Shown here one piece after another: positions 39,667-52,741 of a stretch of DNA of 64,000 bases. This DNA is from Octopus sinensis (taxonomy: Eukaryota). The notes under the pieces were generated by a model that had not been told where the DNA came from, did not search any database, and saw only the letters and a list, made by a program, of their open reading frames with translations. The stretch lies in assembly GCF_006345805.1 (NCBI RefSeq), contig NC_043005.1, forward strand, positions 53,506,001-53,570,000, read 5' to 3'. The position numbers were made by a program, and so were the translations under genes. Positions within the stretch are counted from its first letter, which is position 1. Each line of letters begins with the position of its first letter.

Positions 39667-41101
39667 TATATATACATGCATATATATATTTATATATATA
39701 TACACATATTTATTTATATATAAGTATATACACACACAAACACACACAGACATACATATATATATATATATATTCAGTTGTATATATTTATACATACATG
39801 CATGCAAGTATATGTGTATGTGTGTAAATTATTATTTATATACTAGCATATGTATAGCCTGAATACTACTGCCAAAGGCGACACTAACCAGATATCAGTT
39901 ATAGATGGCATACGATGATAAGAATATTTGCCAAGTATTTTACTATGGACACTGGTTTTATTTTAGATTGATGAGTGGTCATAGCTGTTGAGAAATCATC
40001 TAAGGAAACTTCTTTGCGTAAACATGTCATTATTAAATGCAAGCAAAGCTAGAAACTCTATGAAAATTGGTGAAATAATTGAAATTTTCACTTAAGAGAA
40101 AATGTCAACCTCGCCATTTAAACATATAAATATAAATCGAGAGAGCTGTACATTTTCTGTGGTGACATTTACTAGGCATTTCTAATGCACCAGAGAGTCC
40201 ATTAAGACTGGAATGGTGTCTGGAGGGCTCGAAGCTTTATTAGACTTCTACAGAAGAAACGAAAAGTATATAAACACAAAAACAAAATATGTACATACAT
40301 AAAAAAAAATATAAATATTCCCTTGTAAATGGTGTATCCAACAATGAGATATGGATGTATAAAGGTCATAATAATAATTTACGTTATTTTACTCTTCGAA
40401 TGTGTTGAGTGTAATGCATTTCATTCATACTGAAAAAGAATGTTCTAAAAATTGTCGTCCCCGTATTCACTACTATGTTATCATCATATGTCATATCAGA
40501 TAGCATTTTCAAAGTTATTTACTATCTGGTGCATTTTATGAAATATGAGCCAAAATGCACTTAACGGTCTTTTTGTTTAGATCAAAACCTGGTGAAAGTA
40601 TATGAATTATCGCAAATCTGCTGCAACTACATCGCCTACTGTTGCTGTTATTGATACTGTAATAGAAGTAGTAGTTGTTGTAGTAGTTGTTGTCGTTGAT
40701 GTTATATTGTTATTGCAGAGACCTGCAGTTAGGACTGCATGATCAGATAGATCTAGAGTAGAAAAACGGCTAATCATGCCGTGTATTCGATATGCATTTA
40801 TAACCATGGCCATAATACCATTTCCATTTTTGGCTATCCTGTACAGACGATTTACTTTACTTAAAAAATAAAATATGTGCAATTCTAATTTTAAAGACGT
40901 TAGATGTATGTTTTAAGATTTAGCTGAAATATCACGTACGACGATTAGCTATACAAAAGTTTCCTCAATGGCCCTTAGTAAAATCTGTTGCTGCACATGT
41001 CCTAATATTTAGCCCAGAGTAACAATAATCGAAAAAATTATTAAAAGACATTCCGTCTGTGTATCGAATACTATATTAATCCAATGTGTCCTTTTCTTAT
41101 A

Positions 41102-41915
41102 TCAGGTTATCCCATAAGTTCTGTCCGAATTTTGAATAAAGAAAACAAGTGAACAAATGGTATATTTAATTGGAAATTTAATCGTCAATGTACTTTCCCT
41201 GATTATCTATGACTTCCTTCCATCTATTTACAAGCTTTTTAATCCCATCAATGTAAAACTCTGCAATGTCAGTTTCGACCTCCTCATGGCTTGTGAAAGT
41301 TATGTCCCCAAATGATTCTGTAAACTACGAAACAAATGGTAGTCTGAAGGAGCAAAGTTGGAAGAATAAGGTGGATGAGGAATTTTTTCCCAACCAAGCT
41401 CTTCGATCTTCTGTGAAGTGATCTTTGCAGTGTGGGGTCGCGCATTGTCCTGATGAAACATCATTCCTTTTCGATTCACTAAAGCGGGTCTTTTTTCTTC
41501 AAAGCTTGGTTCAAACGCTTTAATTGTTGACAGTAGACTTGAGCATTGATTGTTGCATTAGGTGGTAACAATTCAAAGGGAATTACTCCTTTGCAATCCC
41601 ACCAAATAGAGAGAAGAACCTTTTCCCATGAAGTTCCCTTCTCGGTTGTGGTTGAGCTTTTTCCTTTTTACCAAGGCACTGTTTACGACGTTTAACATTT
41701 CGATAGAAATGTTAAACGATACTTCCATGTTAGAAAGGGTTTTAATCAAAGAAATTTTAATTCTATTATTCTGTAAGATAATATTTAATTAGTTTCAATG
41801 TACACAAATGCATAAAAATAATTTTTAACTCCATTTGACATTCTAAAATACTATTAAATTTCATCCAATTTTAAATTTAAAGGTAAAATTGGACAGAACT
41901 TATGGGATGACCTGA
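41102..41915 (-). mobile_element. Internally deleted mariner transposon (814 bp)
   Basis: TIRs tcaggttatcccataagttctgtcc / ggacagaacttatgggatgacctga, TA flanks; minus frames give WWDCKG, FHQDNARPHTA, HPPYSSNFAPSDYHLFRSL; N-terminal half missing. Confidence 0.93.
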
Positions 41916-42710
41916 TATATTCGAATTAATGCATTCATCATATTATAGTCACAGTTCAAACGTATCTTTCGGACTTCTTTGGATGTTTATTGCTTCGGCA
42001 TTGTTCCCGAACTTCAGAACAGCGCCTATTTTATTAAATCTATAGGAGATAGTTTGTTCTCATTCCTTTGTCCATGACAGGCATATTCCCTTTCTAGTAA
42101 TTCTCCTACGTGAGATGTCACCTGCTTCTAATAAGAGAGAATATATATAATTTTTTTATTGAAAGAATGAATGAAGTCGGGCCCACTAGCTTAACTACTA
42201 TATTTAGGCTTATATTTGCTATTTCATTGTCTCGTAGAGACAGAAATAAGGAGCTTTAAAACCAGCTTTTCTCACAGGCTCGTAGGTGTAATGCTCTTTT
42301 CACTTTTAGTTAAAGATTCCTGTATGATTTTGATCTGTGTACTAAACTTACTGAGAGGGTTATCAAAGCCCCAAGTTATGCGCTCGTTCCTTACTTACGT
42401 TAGTAGGGTTATAATTTGAGGGAGATTTGGGCGTTATTTCTTGTAAGTCGTGTGATGATATACAAACAATATTGGACTGGCAGAATAGATAAAGTAACAT
42501 GGGAACGAAATCACTGTCATATTCTAGTTATTTCTCTCCATGTTCTACTTGTTGTTTCAAAGCAGAATTGAGTTCGTTGTGATTTTTGTCTTCACTAGGG
42601 TTGGGGTGAAATTCATACCAGAGAAGTTACAAATGTTGATTTAATCATATAGGTACTCATCCTCTCAATCCCCAAATTTTAGGACTTGTTCTAATGTTAT
42701 TTTCAGACTT

Positions 42711-42847
42711 TTGCACAAGGCCAGCAACTGAAAGGATGAAAGGCAAAGTCGACCTCGGTAGAATAAGAACTCAAAACGTAAAGGCGGACGAAATGCTGCT
42801 AGGCCCTTTGAATGTCATACTAACGATTCTGCCAGGCTTCTGCCTTA
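42711..42847 (-). mobile_element. SINE family A, internally deleted
   Basis: aaggatgaaaggcaaagtcgacctcgg...ctaacgattctgccag. Confidence 0.8.
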
Positions 42848-43169
42848 TAGTACTTGTTCAAATATTGAAATTTATTACGGCTGGCATCGTTGTTATATTA
42901 TAATTATTGCTATCTTTGCTATTATTGTTGTTCATTTCATGTCGCTTCTCCGCAGATATTCAGGCTACACATCCACCCAGGAAAGCGCTTTCGATTTATT
43001 CCTCTTTTATTAGTACGATTTATTGTGAACCATTTTCCCGCCGAATTTCCATCATAAGCCTTTTGCCTAACGTATCGCTTTGAGGTATCGAACAGGAAAC
43101 CATACGGGTTTTACAGTGACTTATTAACAAAGCGATGCAATTATTTTTTTGAACATATATAAAATAAGT

Positions 43170-43542
43170 GGACGGAAGCACTCCGTCGGTTACGACGATG
43201 AGGGTTCCGGTTATCCGAATCAACGGAACAGCCTGCTCGTGAAATTAACGTGTAAGTGGCTGAGCACTCAACAGACACGTGTACCCTTAACGTAGTTCTC
43301 GGGGATATTCAGCGTGACACAGAGAGTGACAAGGCCGGCCCTTTGAAATACAGGTACAACAGAAACAGGAAGTAAGAGTGAGAGAAAGTACAGCAGGGAT
43401 CACCACCATCCCCTGCCGGAGCCTCGTTGAGCTTTAGGTGTTTACGCTCAATAAACACTCACAACGACCGGTCTGGGAATCGAAACCGCGATCCTATGAC
43501 CGCGAGTCCGCTGCCCTAACCACTGGGCCATTGAGCCTCCAC
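43170..43542 (-). mobile_element. tRNA-derived SINE family E, tail type 2, with 11-bp TSD
   Basis: Same head as 1480-1777; ataaaataagt at 43159-43169 and 43543-43553. Confidence 0.9.
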
Positions 43543-43744
43543 ATAAAATAAGTAGCATTGTATACAAGGAGAAAAATGAATTCGGATCTTATCTTTACTA
43601 AGTGTGCACTACAAGAGTAAAGGTGGTAGTGGTGGTGGTGGTGGTTGGGTGGAGGTAGTGAAATTGTATTCATCGTGAAAGAAAGCTCGGTTGCCGTCGT
43701 TGTTGTTTAGCCCCAGATCAACCGAGCATCTCTCTCTCTCTCTC

Positions 43745-43752
43745 TGTCTTTC

Positions 43753-43825
<73 letters not shown>

Positions 43826-43860
43826 TTATCTGTCTATCTATCTATCTATCTATCTGTCTG
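43745..43860. repeat. (CTAT)n microsatellite
   Basis: Direct reading. Confidence 0.95.
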
Positions 43861-43927
43861 TCTCTCTGTTTGTCTATGTATTTTCTTATACATATATGTG
43901 TGTGTATATGCATACAGATATACATAC

Positions 43928-44155
43928 AAGGCGGCGAGCTGGCAGAAACGTTAGCACACCGGGCGAAATGCTTAGTGGTATTGCGTCTGTCGTTATGTTC
44001 TGAGTTCAAATTCCGCCGAGGTCGACTTGCCTTTCATCCTTTCGGGGTCGATAAATTAAGTACCAGTTACGCACTGGGGTTGATATAATCGACTTAATCC
44101 GTTTGTCTGACCTTGTTTGTCCCCTCTATGTTTAGCCCCTTGTGGGCAATAAATA
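43928..44155 (+). mobile_element. SINE family A, tail type 1, full length
   Basis: aaggcggcgagctggcagaaacgttagcac...tttagccccttgtgggcaataaa. Confidence 0.92.
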
Positions 44156-44624
44156 CACGTATACACACATATGTTTGGAGAGAGAGAGGGTGAGAAAGAG
44201 AGAGAGAGAGAGAGTAAGAGAATGTGTAAGAGAGACTTGCTTACACAGAGAAATAACAGCAACTCTCATTGCAAAGCTTTCGTAGAATCGAGATGGAAGT
44301 AACATCGATGTGTGCAACTGAAGTGAGAAACCTATCATTTTGATATTCATTAACTACGTAGGAATCCTTACAACCATAAAGAAGAAGGTATACGTATTAC
44401 ATTTTTCACCTTTTTAATATTCTCGATTTCATATCTATTAACACTTTTTATTATTTTTTTTCTTTTGTATAGAGTAGCAGCTAGAACTGCATACTAATTT
44501 AAGCCGAATAGTTTGTTTTTTTTTAAATAGAAATATCATTATTTCTAATTCTTTCTAAAGGAGACTACGACAGCGGTACTGGATATTAACAGTTATCACC
44601 AAGCTAACATGGTAGCCCATAAAT

Positions 44625-44937
44625 ATAGGACGAATGCTGCCGTTGATTAGCTCCAAAAGGCCATCACCTCCAGCTAGCTGTCTATGTACCTTCTTATACA
44701 CTGAATTTAGGTTAATAATCCTTCGAACAGTCGGTCAGCAGCGATACCTGCTGAATTCGGCTACTCCATATTGATAAGAGGCAAACACTTCGAAACTAGT
44801 CTGTGGATACCAGACCAGCAAGGGGAAGCTACTAATCTCCCCTGTTCGAGGGTTATAATGAATACAGGTTTGTGTGTCACATAGCTAGCTAGAGGCGATG
44901 GCCTCTTGGAGCTAATCAACGGCAGCATTAGTCCTAT
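44625..44937 (+). mobile_element. ~310-bp element with ~60-bp inverted termini and internal hammerhead
   Basis: ataggacgaatgctgccgttgattagctcc... (44625-44687) vs ...ggagctaatcaacggcagcattagtcctat (44879-44937). Confidence 0.85.
44765..44807 (+). ncRNA. Minimal type-I hammerhead ribozyme motif with U3:A8 core variant
   Basis: tccata-TTGATAA-GAGG caaaca CTTC-GAAAC-ta-GTC|-tgtgga: stem I tccata/tgtgga, stem II, palindromic stem III actagt, GUC site (cut after 44801). Confidence 0.72.
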
Positions 44938-45267
44938 TTTCCTGGACTGTCATATTAGATTGGGGATAAATATTAATATAATTTTTTTTTATTGTATTAA
45001 ATCTATTGATATTTAAGGCTGGCTTTATTTTCATTCCTCGATGGGTAAGAAAAAATGTATCAGCAATATATTGAAGCACGATTAACTCTATTCATCATTA
45101 GAATTATGACCATTGTGCAAAAAGTTTAAAACTCAAGTGTATATATTTTAATATTCAGATAAGCACAAACACAACATATTGAAGATTAACCATTCTCTAT
45201 ATCAAAATAGTGAAAATATCCAGGTGTTGGTAGCTTCATTCTGGCCGTTTAATTTCGATTTAAGGAT

Positions 45268-47142
45268 CAGTCATAGTCTACGCAAGTACTCCGCCTTAAC
45301 TTTTTTCTGTTATTTCTTTCTCCACGAATTTATCCATTTCCAATATTCCCAAGCACTTATAGCCCGTCTCTTCTATCTGCTTCATAACCTCCCGCGATGG
45401 CATCGCTAGCCCATCCATACATTTGATTTTGCCTCTCGTCAAGACTAACACATCACACTTTTTCAGTCCGAAATCCATTCTGATATCAGCACTGAAAGTA
45501 TACACCGTATCAACGAGGGAATTGATTCGGGATTCATCTTTACCATAAAGTTTGAGGTCATCCATGAATAACAAGTGGTTGACTTTCGTTGGCGGGTTTT
45601 GAATACATACCCAGCCTTTGATTTCCTCAGAATCAGTGTTAGTGGTAACATGCATAGCACAAAGATAAGTGGGAACAGGCAGTCCCCTTGGATGATGCGC
45701 CACCTGATTTATATTGTTCCTAAACTTCTTCTGTATGCTGTCAGTTTCGTCCTCTACTTCGCTTTACTTTCTCCAAGCAATCGCTCAACATTCGATGCAA
45801 TACCAAATAGGTTCATACATTCCATAATCCAAGAATGTCGGATCATATCGTACGCCTTACGATAATCCATCATGGCCAAGTTAGTTTTCCTCCTCTTGCA
45901 GTCTCTAAGTACAGTTTTGTCTACCAGAACTTGATCCTTGGTACCTCTTCACTTACGCTTGCAACCCTCCGACTCACGTGACTTTTTTTCCAGATGTCCG
46001 TAAATTAACTGCGACTATTCCAATCAATAATTTCCACATAAATGGCAAGCAGGATATCGGCTTATAATTGTCTATCGTGTTGCCTTTTTCGGTGTTTCTC
46101 AAGTACAGCACCGTCCTTCCCAGCGTCAACCACTCTGGTGTTACTGGGTTGGCATTTAACAAGGTGCTGAGCTGTGCAGCTATTCGTGCATGACATTCAC
46201 CAAATCTCTTGATCCAGTAGCCCTTAATTCCATCTGGTCCCGGGGCCTTCCATTTGCCCATTCTTTTTGCTGATTTCTTTCAATTCCTTCATTGAAATGA
46301 CTAGTTCTGCCTGTTTTGGACAGACTATTTTTGTTTCATTTCTTACAACCATTCAGCATCCTTCTTGTGAGCCTTGTCTTTGCTCCAGATGTCACTCCAA
46401 AACCTTTTACTTTCAATGTTATCTGGTATCAAGTTTTCATCTGTATAGTCTCCATTTATTTCTTTGTAGAATTTCTTCTGAAATCTACTCTGAATAACCT
46501 ATTCTCCTGGTTACCCTTTGGTGGTATTTTACCATCTTCGCTTTCTTTGCAACAACGCGCTGTTTCGGTTCGTCTATTACCAATTTCAGGCCCTTTCTTT
46601 CAATATTATACTTCCTGTTCAGTGTCCTGTATTTGCGTTCCCTTTTAAGCTCCCTCTTTCTCTTTTCGCGCTAACAAAGAAATGTCCTTCGATAGCTTAT
46701 CTAACCCCGCCTGTATTCTTCTTTTCCACCGTGGATCTTTTCTTTTATCTCTCTCATTATAATCAGATAATCTCTGTTCCTTGAGTTGAGACAATCCTCT
46801 TTGTCTCCATTGATCACACATACGTTGTCGATATCCCCAAAGATGAACACCATTTTCGTCTACAGCATTGATTTGTTCGTTACATCTACGCCGTATGTGC
46901 TGGTTCCTTGCTGGATGACGACAGGCTGGAGTCGGACCAGTATCTCTGAGCCTGCCGGGTGCAACACTGTCACTATCAAGAGCCTCAGTTTCATTATCCC
47001 GTTATTCACAATATTTTGTTTTTTCATTGTCACTCACATAAAGTAGCGATCTTCAGGTTGCGTAATTACCAGTGATTTTATTGTGACACTATCACTAGAT
47101 ATATCATCAACCAGAGCATAGGGAGATTCCAACCGCTTCCTT
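45268..47142 (-). pseudogene. R4/Dong LINE 5' two-thirds (N-terminus plus RT), 3'-truncated
   Basis: GYRQRMCDQWRQRG...EQRLSD; MGKWKAPGPDGIKGYWIKRF; NYKPISCLP; VNHLLFMDDLKLYGK; YKCLGILE; 5' end abuts (TAA)n. Confidence 0.92.
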
Positions 47143-47567
47143 TCATTATTATTATTATCACTGATATTATTATTTTTAATTTTACTACTATTTATCGTTG
47201 TTAATATTTCCTCTGATCCGACATGAGTTTTGGATAAATTATTATTATCATTATTACCACCATCACCATTATTACCATCATTATTATTATTTCCAATTAT
47301 TATTAAAAGAGTATTATTGAATGTTGTTTAGTTTCAACTTTTGCCTTATATTTGAGATTATTATAAATTTTTGCATAATAGACCACCAGCTTAGACAGCG
47401 GCTGGACGTGTTTTTCACTACTCTGACCAGTCAGTAGGTGAAAACACAGAAAACTAACTCTCAAAGACTGGAATAACTACAATTTCCTGTGAGAATTTTA
47501 AATTTCGCTCAAAATAAGTTAAGAAACTTACATATCTACAGTTCTTGAACAGAAAACGATCACCTGC

Positions 47568-47575
<8 letters not shown>

Positions 47576-47619
<44 letters not shown>

Positions 47620-47631
47620 CATTATTATTAT

Positions 47632-47676
<45 letters not shown>

Positions 47677-47764
47677 CAGTAGTAGTAGTGGTAGTGTATA
47701 TACATACATATACATGTGTATATATATATGTTTATATATGTATGTATATATATATATATATATG

Positions 47765-47817
<53 letters not shown>

Positions 47818-47830
47818 CAAACATACATAC
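47576..47830. repeat. (TTA)n(TAG)n(TA)n compound microsatellite
   Basis: Direct reading. Confidence 0.9.
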
Positions 47831-48082
47831 ATTTACGCATATAAGTGTGTGTGCGTGTGCGTGTTCATAATTTCCTGTTAAATGTCTTCAGATGGAAACG
47901 TCACAGATGTATGTTCAATTCTACTTTGGAACGTAAATCTAATAACTACGCTTTATTACCATGTTATTCTTCGTGCTGTTATTTTCATTTTTATGTTTGC
48001 ACATGAACACAATTTACGTGCATATAAATACATACATAGTTACATGTGGAGGTAGTGCATGTTCAAATAAATTCAAAAATAT

Positions 48083-48567
48083 AGGCGCAGGAGTGGCTGT
48101 GTGGTAAGTAGCTTGCTAACCAACCACATGGTTCCGGGTTCAGTCCCACTTCGTGGCATCTTGGGCAAGTGTCTTCTGCTTTAGCCCCGGGTCGACCAAT
48201 GCCTTGTGAGTGGATTTGGTAGACGGAAACTGAAAGAAGCCTGTCGTATACCAGGTGGTGCTATTAAGTTAGACATGGCCTGGGCCAATAATGGCCGAAA
48301 CCTATCAAAGTATCAAAGTATATATGTATATATATATATGTATGTGTGTGTGTTTGTGTGTCTGTGTTTGTTCCCCTAGCATTGCTTGCCAACCGATACT
48401 GGTGTGTTTACGTCCCCGTCACTTAGCGGTTCGGCAAAAAGAGACCGATAGAATAAGTACTGGGCTTACAAAAAGAATAAGTCTCAGGGTGGAGTTGCTC
48501 GACTAAAGGCGGTGCTCCAGCATGGCCGCAGTCAAATGACTGAAACAAGTAAAAGAGTAAAAGAGTA
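48083..48567 (+). mobile_element. SINE family B, full length, with ~70-bp insert at 48251-48320
   Basis: ggcgcaggagtggctgtgtggtaag...aaatgactgaaacaagtaaaagagtaaaagag. Confidence 0.92.
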
Positions 48568-49272
48568 TATAAATTTATCTGCGTGTGTTTTTGAGTGGGA
48601 GCAAGCGTATGTGGGTGCGCAGATTTGCTTAAATTTACCTATATAAACTGGCCACATCTTTTCCACTAAAAATCAGTAATCTCAAACGCTCGGTGAATAG
48701 AGATCAATAAAATATACCACTAGGATCAATATAATCATGTGAAAGCCTTCTAAATGCTGGCCCAGTAAGGACGTTGTCCAATGAGCGAAACTAGTGAAAG
48801 AATAAAAGAATATTTATGTTTTACAAATGTATATATTAATCACCTTTATATACTTGTGCAATAATACGGTATTTCATATCGTATTGTAGTGTTTTATCAT
48901 TCTGACCCTTATGGCAACGAAAGAAATTGGTATTATACTTACTAATACAGTTACTACCCAACTATTATAGCCAGCTATTATGACAAAAGCAAAAACAAGG
49001 ATGATTATTTAATGATTTCGCTTATATTCTTCTCCTCTCACATATGCATACATATGCTGATGAAATATTTAAATCTCTTGCTTGATAACAAGTTGAGACA
49101 TTAATCCGGCTTAGAAAGGCCAGACAAGTTTTCCATTTAATCTACAGAAGATATTAATGTATTGTACGGTTGATGTTTTAGTTATTAGAGAAAGGAAACT
49201 TGCTTCATGAAAGGTCCACTGAATGAAGATATAAACTTTTTGCATATACATACACACACAGCCACACATACA

Positions 49273-49380
<108 letters not shown>

Positions 49381-49696
49381 AACACACATATGTATACATA
49401 CATACAAATAACTCATGCATATATATTACACAGACACGCGCGTACACATATCGAACAAAGTCCTAACATGGCGTATATGCGTGGATAAATTGTAAATAAA
49501 TTTGTGTAATTTTAATAAATATAAATTTAGCTACGTGGTGTAAATAGTCACACCCTGTAGTTAAACGAGAGGGCTCTCTCTCTCTCACTCACTCTTTCTC
49601 TCCCCCTCTCTCTCTCTCTCTCTCTCTCTTCCACCCCTATGTCTGTCTGTCTCTCTCTCAAATGAGTATGATTTAATAGCTTGTACAATTCTTTCG

Positions 49697-49797
49697 CTAA
49701 TTAGTTTTGGTTCCAAAGAAGTCATGTGCAGGTGCAAACACATTCTCAAGATCAATCCCATCATCTTTGTTCAAACGGAACGTCCAGGATGTAACAA
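49697..49797 (-). CDS. Candidate terminal coding exon (unverified)
   Basis: Acceptor ttactttttccag|, phase-1 frame VTSWTFRLNKDDGIDLENVFAPAHDFFGTKTN*; ATTAAA about 20 nt after the stop. Confidence 0.3.
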
Positions 49798-50232
49798 CTG
49801 GAAAAAGTAAGGGCTCAATCAAACTTAGCCGGTTTTCATTCCAGCTGAGTCAGAAATAACTAGAACTACATAAAATGTAGTACTTTGTTAAAAACAAAGT
49901 GACACTCTATCCAGGAATAGAATCCACACTAACCATAAGATCACGCATGTTTAGTCAAAACATCTATAAATTGAATATGTTTTACACCGCAATGATACAT
50001 ATTCTATTTAGTTTCTTCTTGATGCAGGAATTGTTGTCATGAGATCTGCGTATATCTCGTGAGATTATCGGTCTTTACCGGAAGTGTATCTGTCCAGAGT
50101 GCAGGCTTACCCGAAGTTCTTTTCGAAAGACTGGCACTTTGGAATGCATGCTAGCATGCCATCTCTAATCGAACTTGTCCATGGGAAAAACAGCGCCAAA
50201 CAACTTAGGACCTTTGTCACAGTAAGTCTTAC

Positions 50233-50308
50233 CGTCAAAAAGCCAAACAAGGGAGAAGATGCAACATAGTATCAGGTCCAACGCTTTCAGACGGTCTAAC
50301 ACTTCTAT
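50233..50308 (-). CDS. Candidate internal coding exon (unverified)
   Basis: tgtctgtttatag| IEVLDRLKALDLILCCIFSLVWLFD g |gtaaga; phase matches exon 49697-49797. Confidence 0.3.
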
Positions 50309-51289
50309 CTATAAACAGACACACACACGCACGCACACACACAGAGGTAATTTACCTGTGTGTGTGAAGGATATAAATATATATATATATGTATATACAT
50401 ACACACATATACATATACAAACATACATACATTTACACATATAGTTATATATAGATATATATATTTATATAGATATATATTTATATATATGTATATATGT
50501 ATTTATGTATATAGATATATATTTCTATAGCTATATACACAGATACATGTATATATACTTATATATATCTAAATAAGTATATACATATATTCACACACAC
50601 ATATATCCATATACATAATTACATATAATTTCATAGGTATATATGTTATATCATTATATAATACAATTAGATATATAATTTCATAGTTATATATGTGTGT
50701 GTGTTATGTTTATAAGCACATATGTACAAAGATTACATATATGCATACACTGGGGATATGATAGTGGAGGTGTTTAATGAAAAGTGTGAGTAAAGAGGAA
50801 CAATGACAATGTAAGAATCGACCATGTTTTCTGTTTTTATATATTGGAAAATGTAAATGAATACTTCAAAATTGGTAAACTATGTGCTTTATACATAATG
50901 CAATGAAGTGATAATTGGAGTTATGTAGAAATATAATATAATGTAAAAAATATATATAATTTTGTACATTCATATTTCGATTGAAGAAGTTCGGTGCATG
51001 GTATTCAAATGTAGTAGAATTGGTATTATGATTGAAAAAATTCGCTGCATGTTAATGAAATATAAGTTAAGTTGCTTGTATAAACCTGACTGTTCATATA
51101 AATTCTAAGAAATTATTTTTTCTAGAAATGAGCTGTTATATATGTGACTAGATAAAGGAAGTCGGGACAAAAAGATCATTTGTAGTTTTTATTTTATATT
51201 TATTTATTTATTTCTACTTTGCACAGACAAAATTTTCAACGAACAAAATATCACAATCTTGAAGATTAAAAAAGAAAGTGACGCAATCG

Positions 51290-51440
51290 ATGTAAGAAGT
51301 TTGAATCCCAGCCATATGATTTTGAGTTCAGTTCCATTGGATAGCAACTTAGGCAAGTGGTTTCTGCTATAGTCTCAGGCTGATCAGAACATTGTGAGTG
51401 GATTTGGTAGAAGGAAGCTCAATGAGACCCGTCGTATATA
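51290..51440 (+). mobile_element. SINE family B 5' part, degraded
   Basis: caacttaggcaagtgg...gtgagtggatttggtag...cccgtcgtatata. Confidence 0.75.
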
Positions 51441-51509
51441 TACACACACACATAAGCAAAGAAATGAAATGAAAAATACAGAAGATTTGTTTTACAAGAT
51501 TAAATAATA

Positions 51510-52741
51510 TATTAGAATCATAATAGATTCATGGATATCCTTCTGAAATCATATCTAAAATACATCAAAAGTTATATCAGAAGTGACTTAGATATGTTAA
51601 ATCACCTACCAGAAAAGGTCAAGGAAGAAACAGTAGTGGTTATATTTGATGTGATAAACATATACACTAACATACCCCATCATTATGGAAGAGAAGAAAT
51701 CCGGTTCTTGCTGGACAAATATCCAGAAGAAATACCAGAACGAACCAGGGTAGCCTAACCATTGCCAACCTAACAAAGCGCTATATAGAAATAAAAATAT
51801 ATCAGAAGTCATTTTCTAAATTTGGAAACCCTCTTTCACAATACATAAAAGAAAATTGGAAAAGATCTTTGGACGATTGCTTCATCCTCTGGAGTGACAA
51901 CATAGATGAATTCCTGGAATTCAAAAGACTCCTTAATAGCATTAACACCAACATAAATTTACAATAGAACACAACCAAGAGGAACTCCCATTCCTAGACA
52001 TACTGGTTAAAAAATAAGCAAAAAATAGAAACGGACAATTTTTACAAAACCACAGATGCTAAACAATATCTATTATTTATGTCATGTCAAAACAAATATC
52101 CCCTTCAACCTTGCAACAAGAATTTGCATCATAGTGTCCCAAAAAGATACCAGAGAACTAAGATTGCCAGGGCTTAAAAATGTACTCCATGATAGACACG
52201 ACACAATTCAACTAATAAATGAAAGGATTAAACTGCAAAATCGATTGACATAAAACCATTAAGAAAAGTCGAACACAATAACACAGCTAGTCTGAAAACA
52301 TTACCTTAAGTCTCTACATACAACCCCAGAAACAAAGAAGCATTTAACACCATTGTCTAAAATCTCCCAATGATCCTTTAGGACCCCAAACTGAAGGAAA
52401 TTCTATGTACCCATAAAATCATTAAAAGTAGTAAACGACCAAATGTATAAAAGAAAATCCTCACAAATGCTACATTATTCTCAAGCATAACGGACACAAG
52501 AGTAAAAAATTGTGGTCGTCCGAACTGCGGAACATGTCCTAATCTTTTGGAAGGATTATAATTCGATTTTAGACATGGGAAAAAATTGAAAGTTAAATCC
52601 AACTTCACTTGCGCCTCTGAAAACCTTCTTTGTGCAATCAGATGCTCGGGCTGCCATAAAAAAACTATACAGGGTCGCCAGGAATATCGATCAGACGAAG
52701 ACGTACAGTTCACAGACAACATATATCCTCCCCACAATGTC

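Noticed and set aside
47408-47447. Imperfect 40-nt hairpin
   Set aside because: Short and bulged, within chance expectation, and too small for a pre-miRNA.
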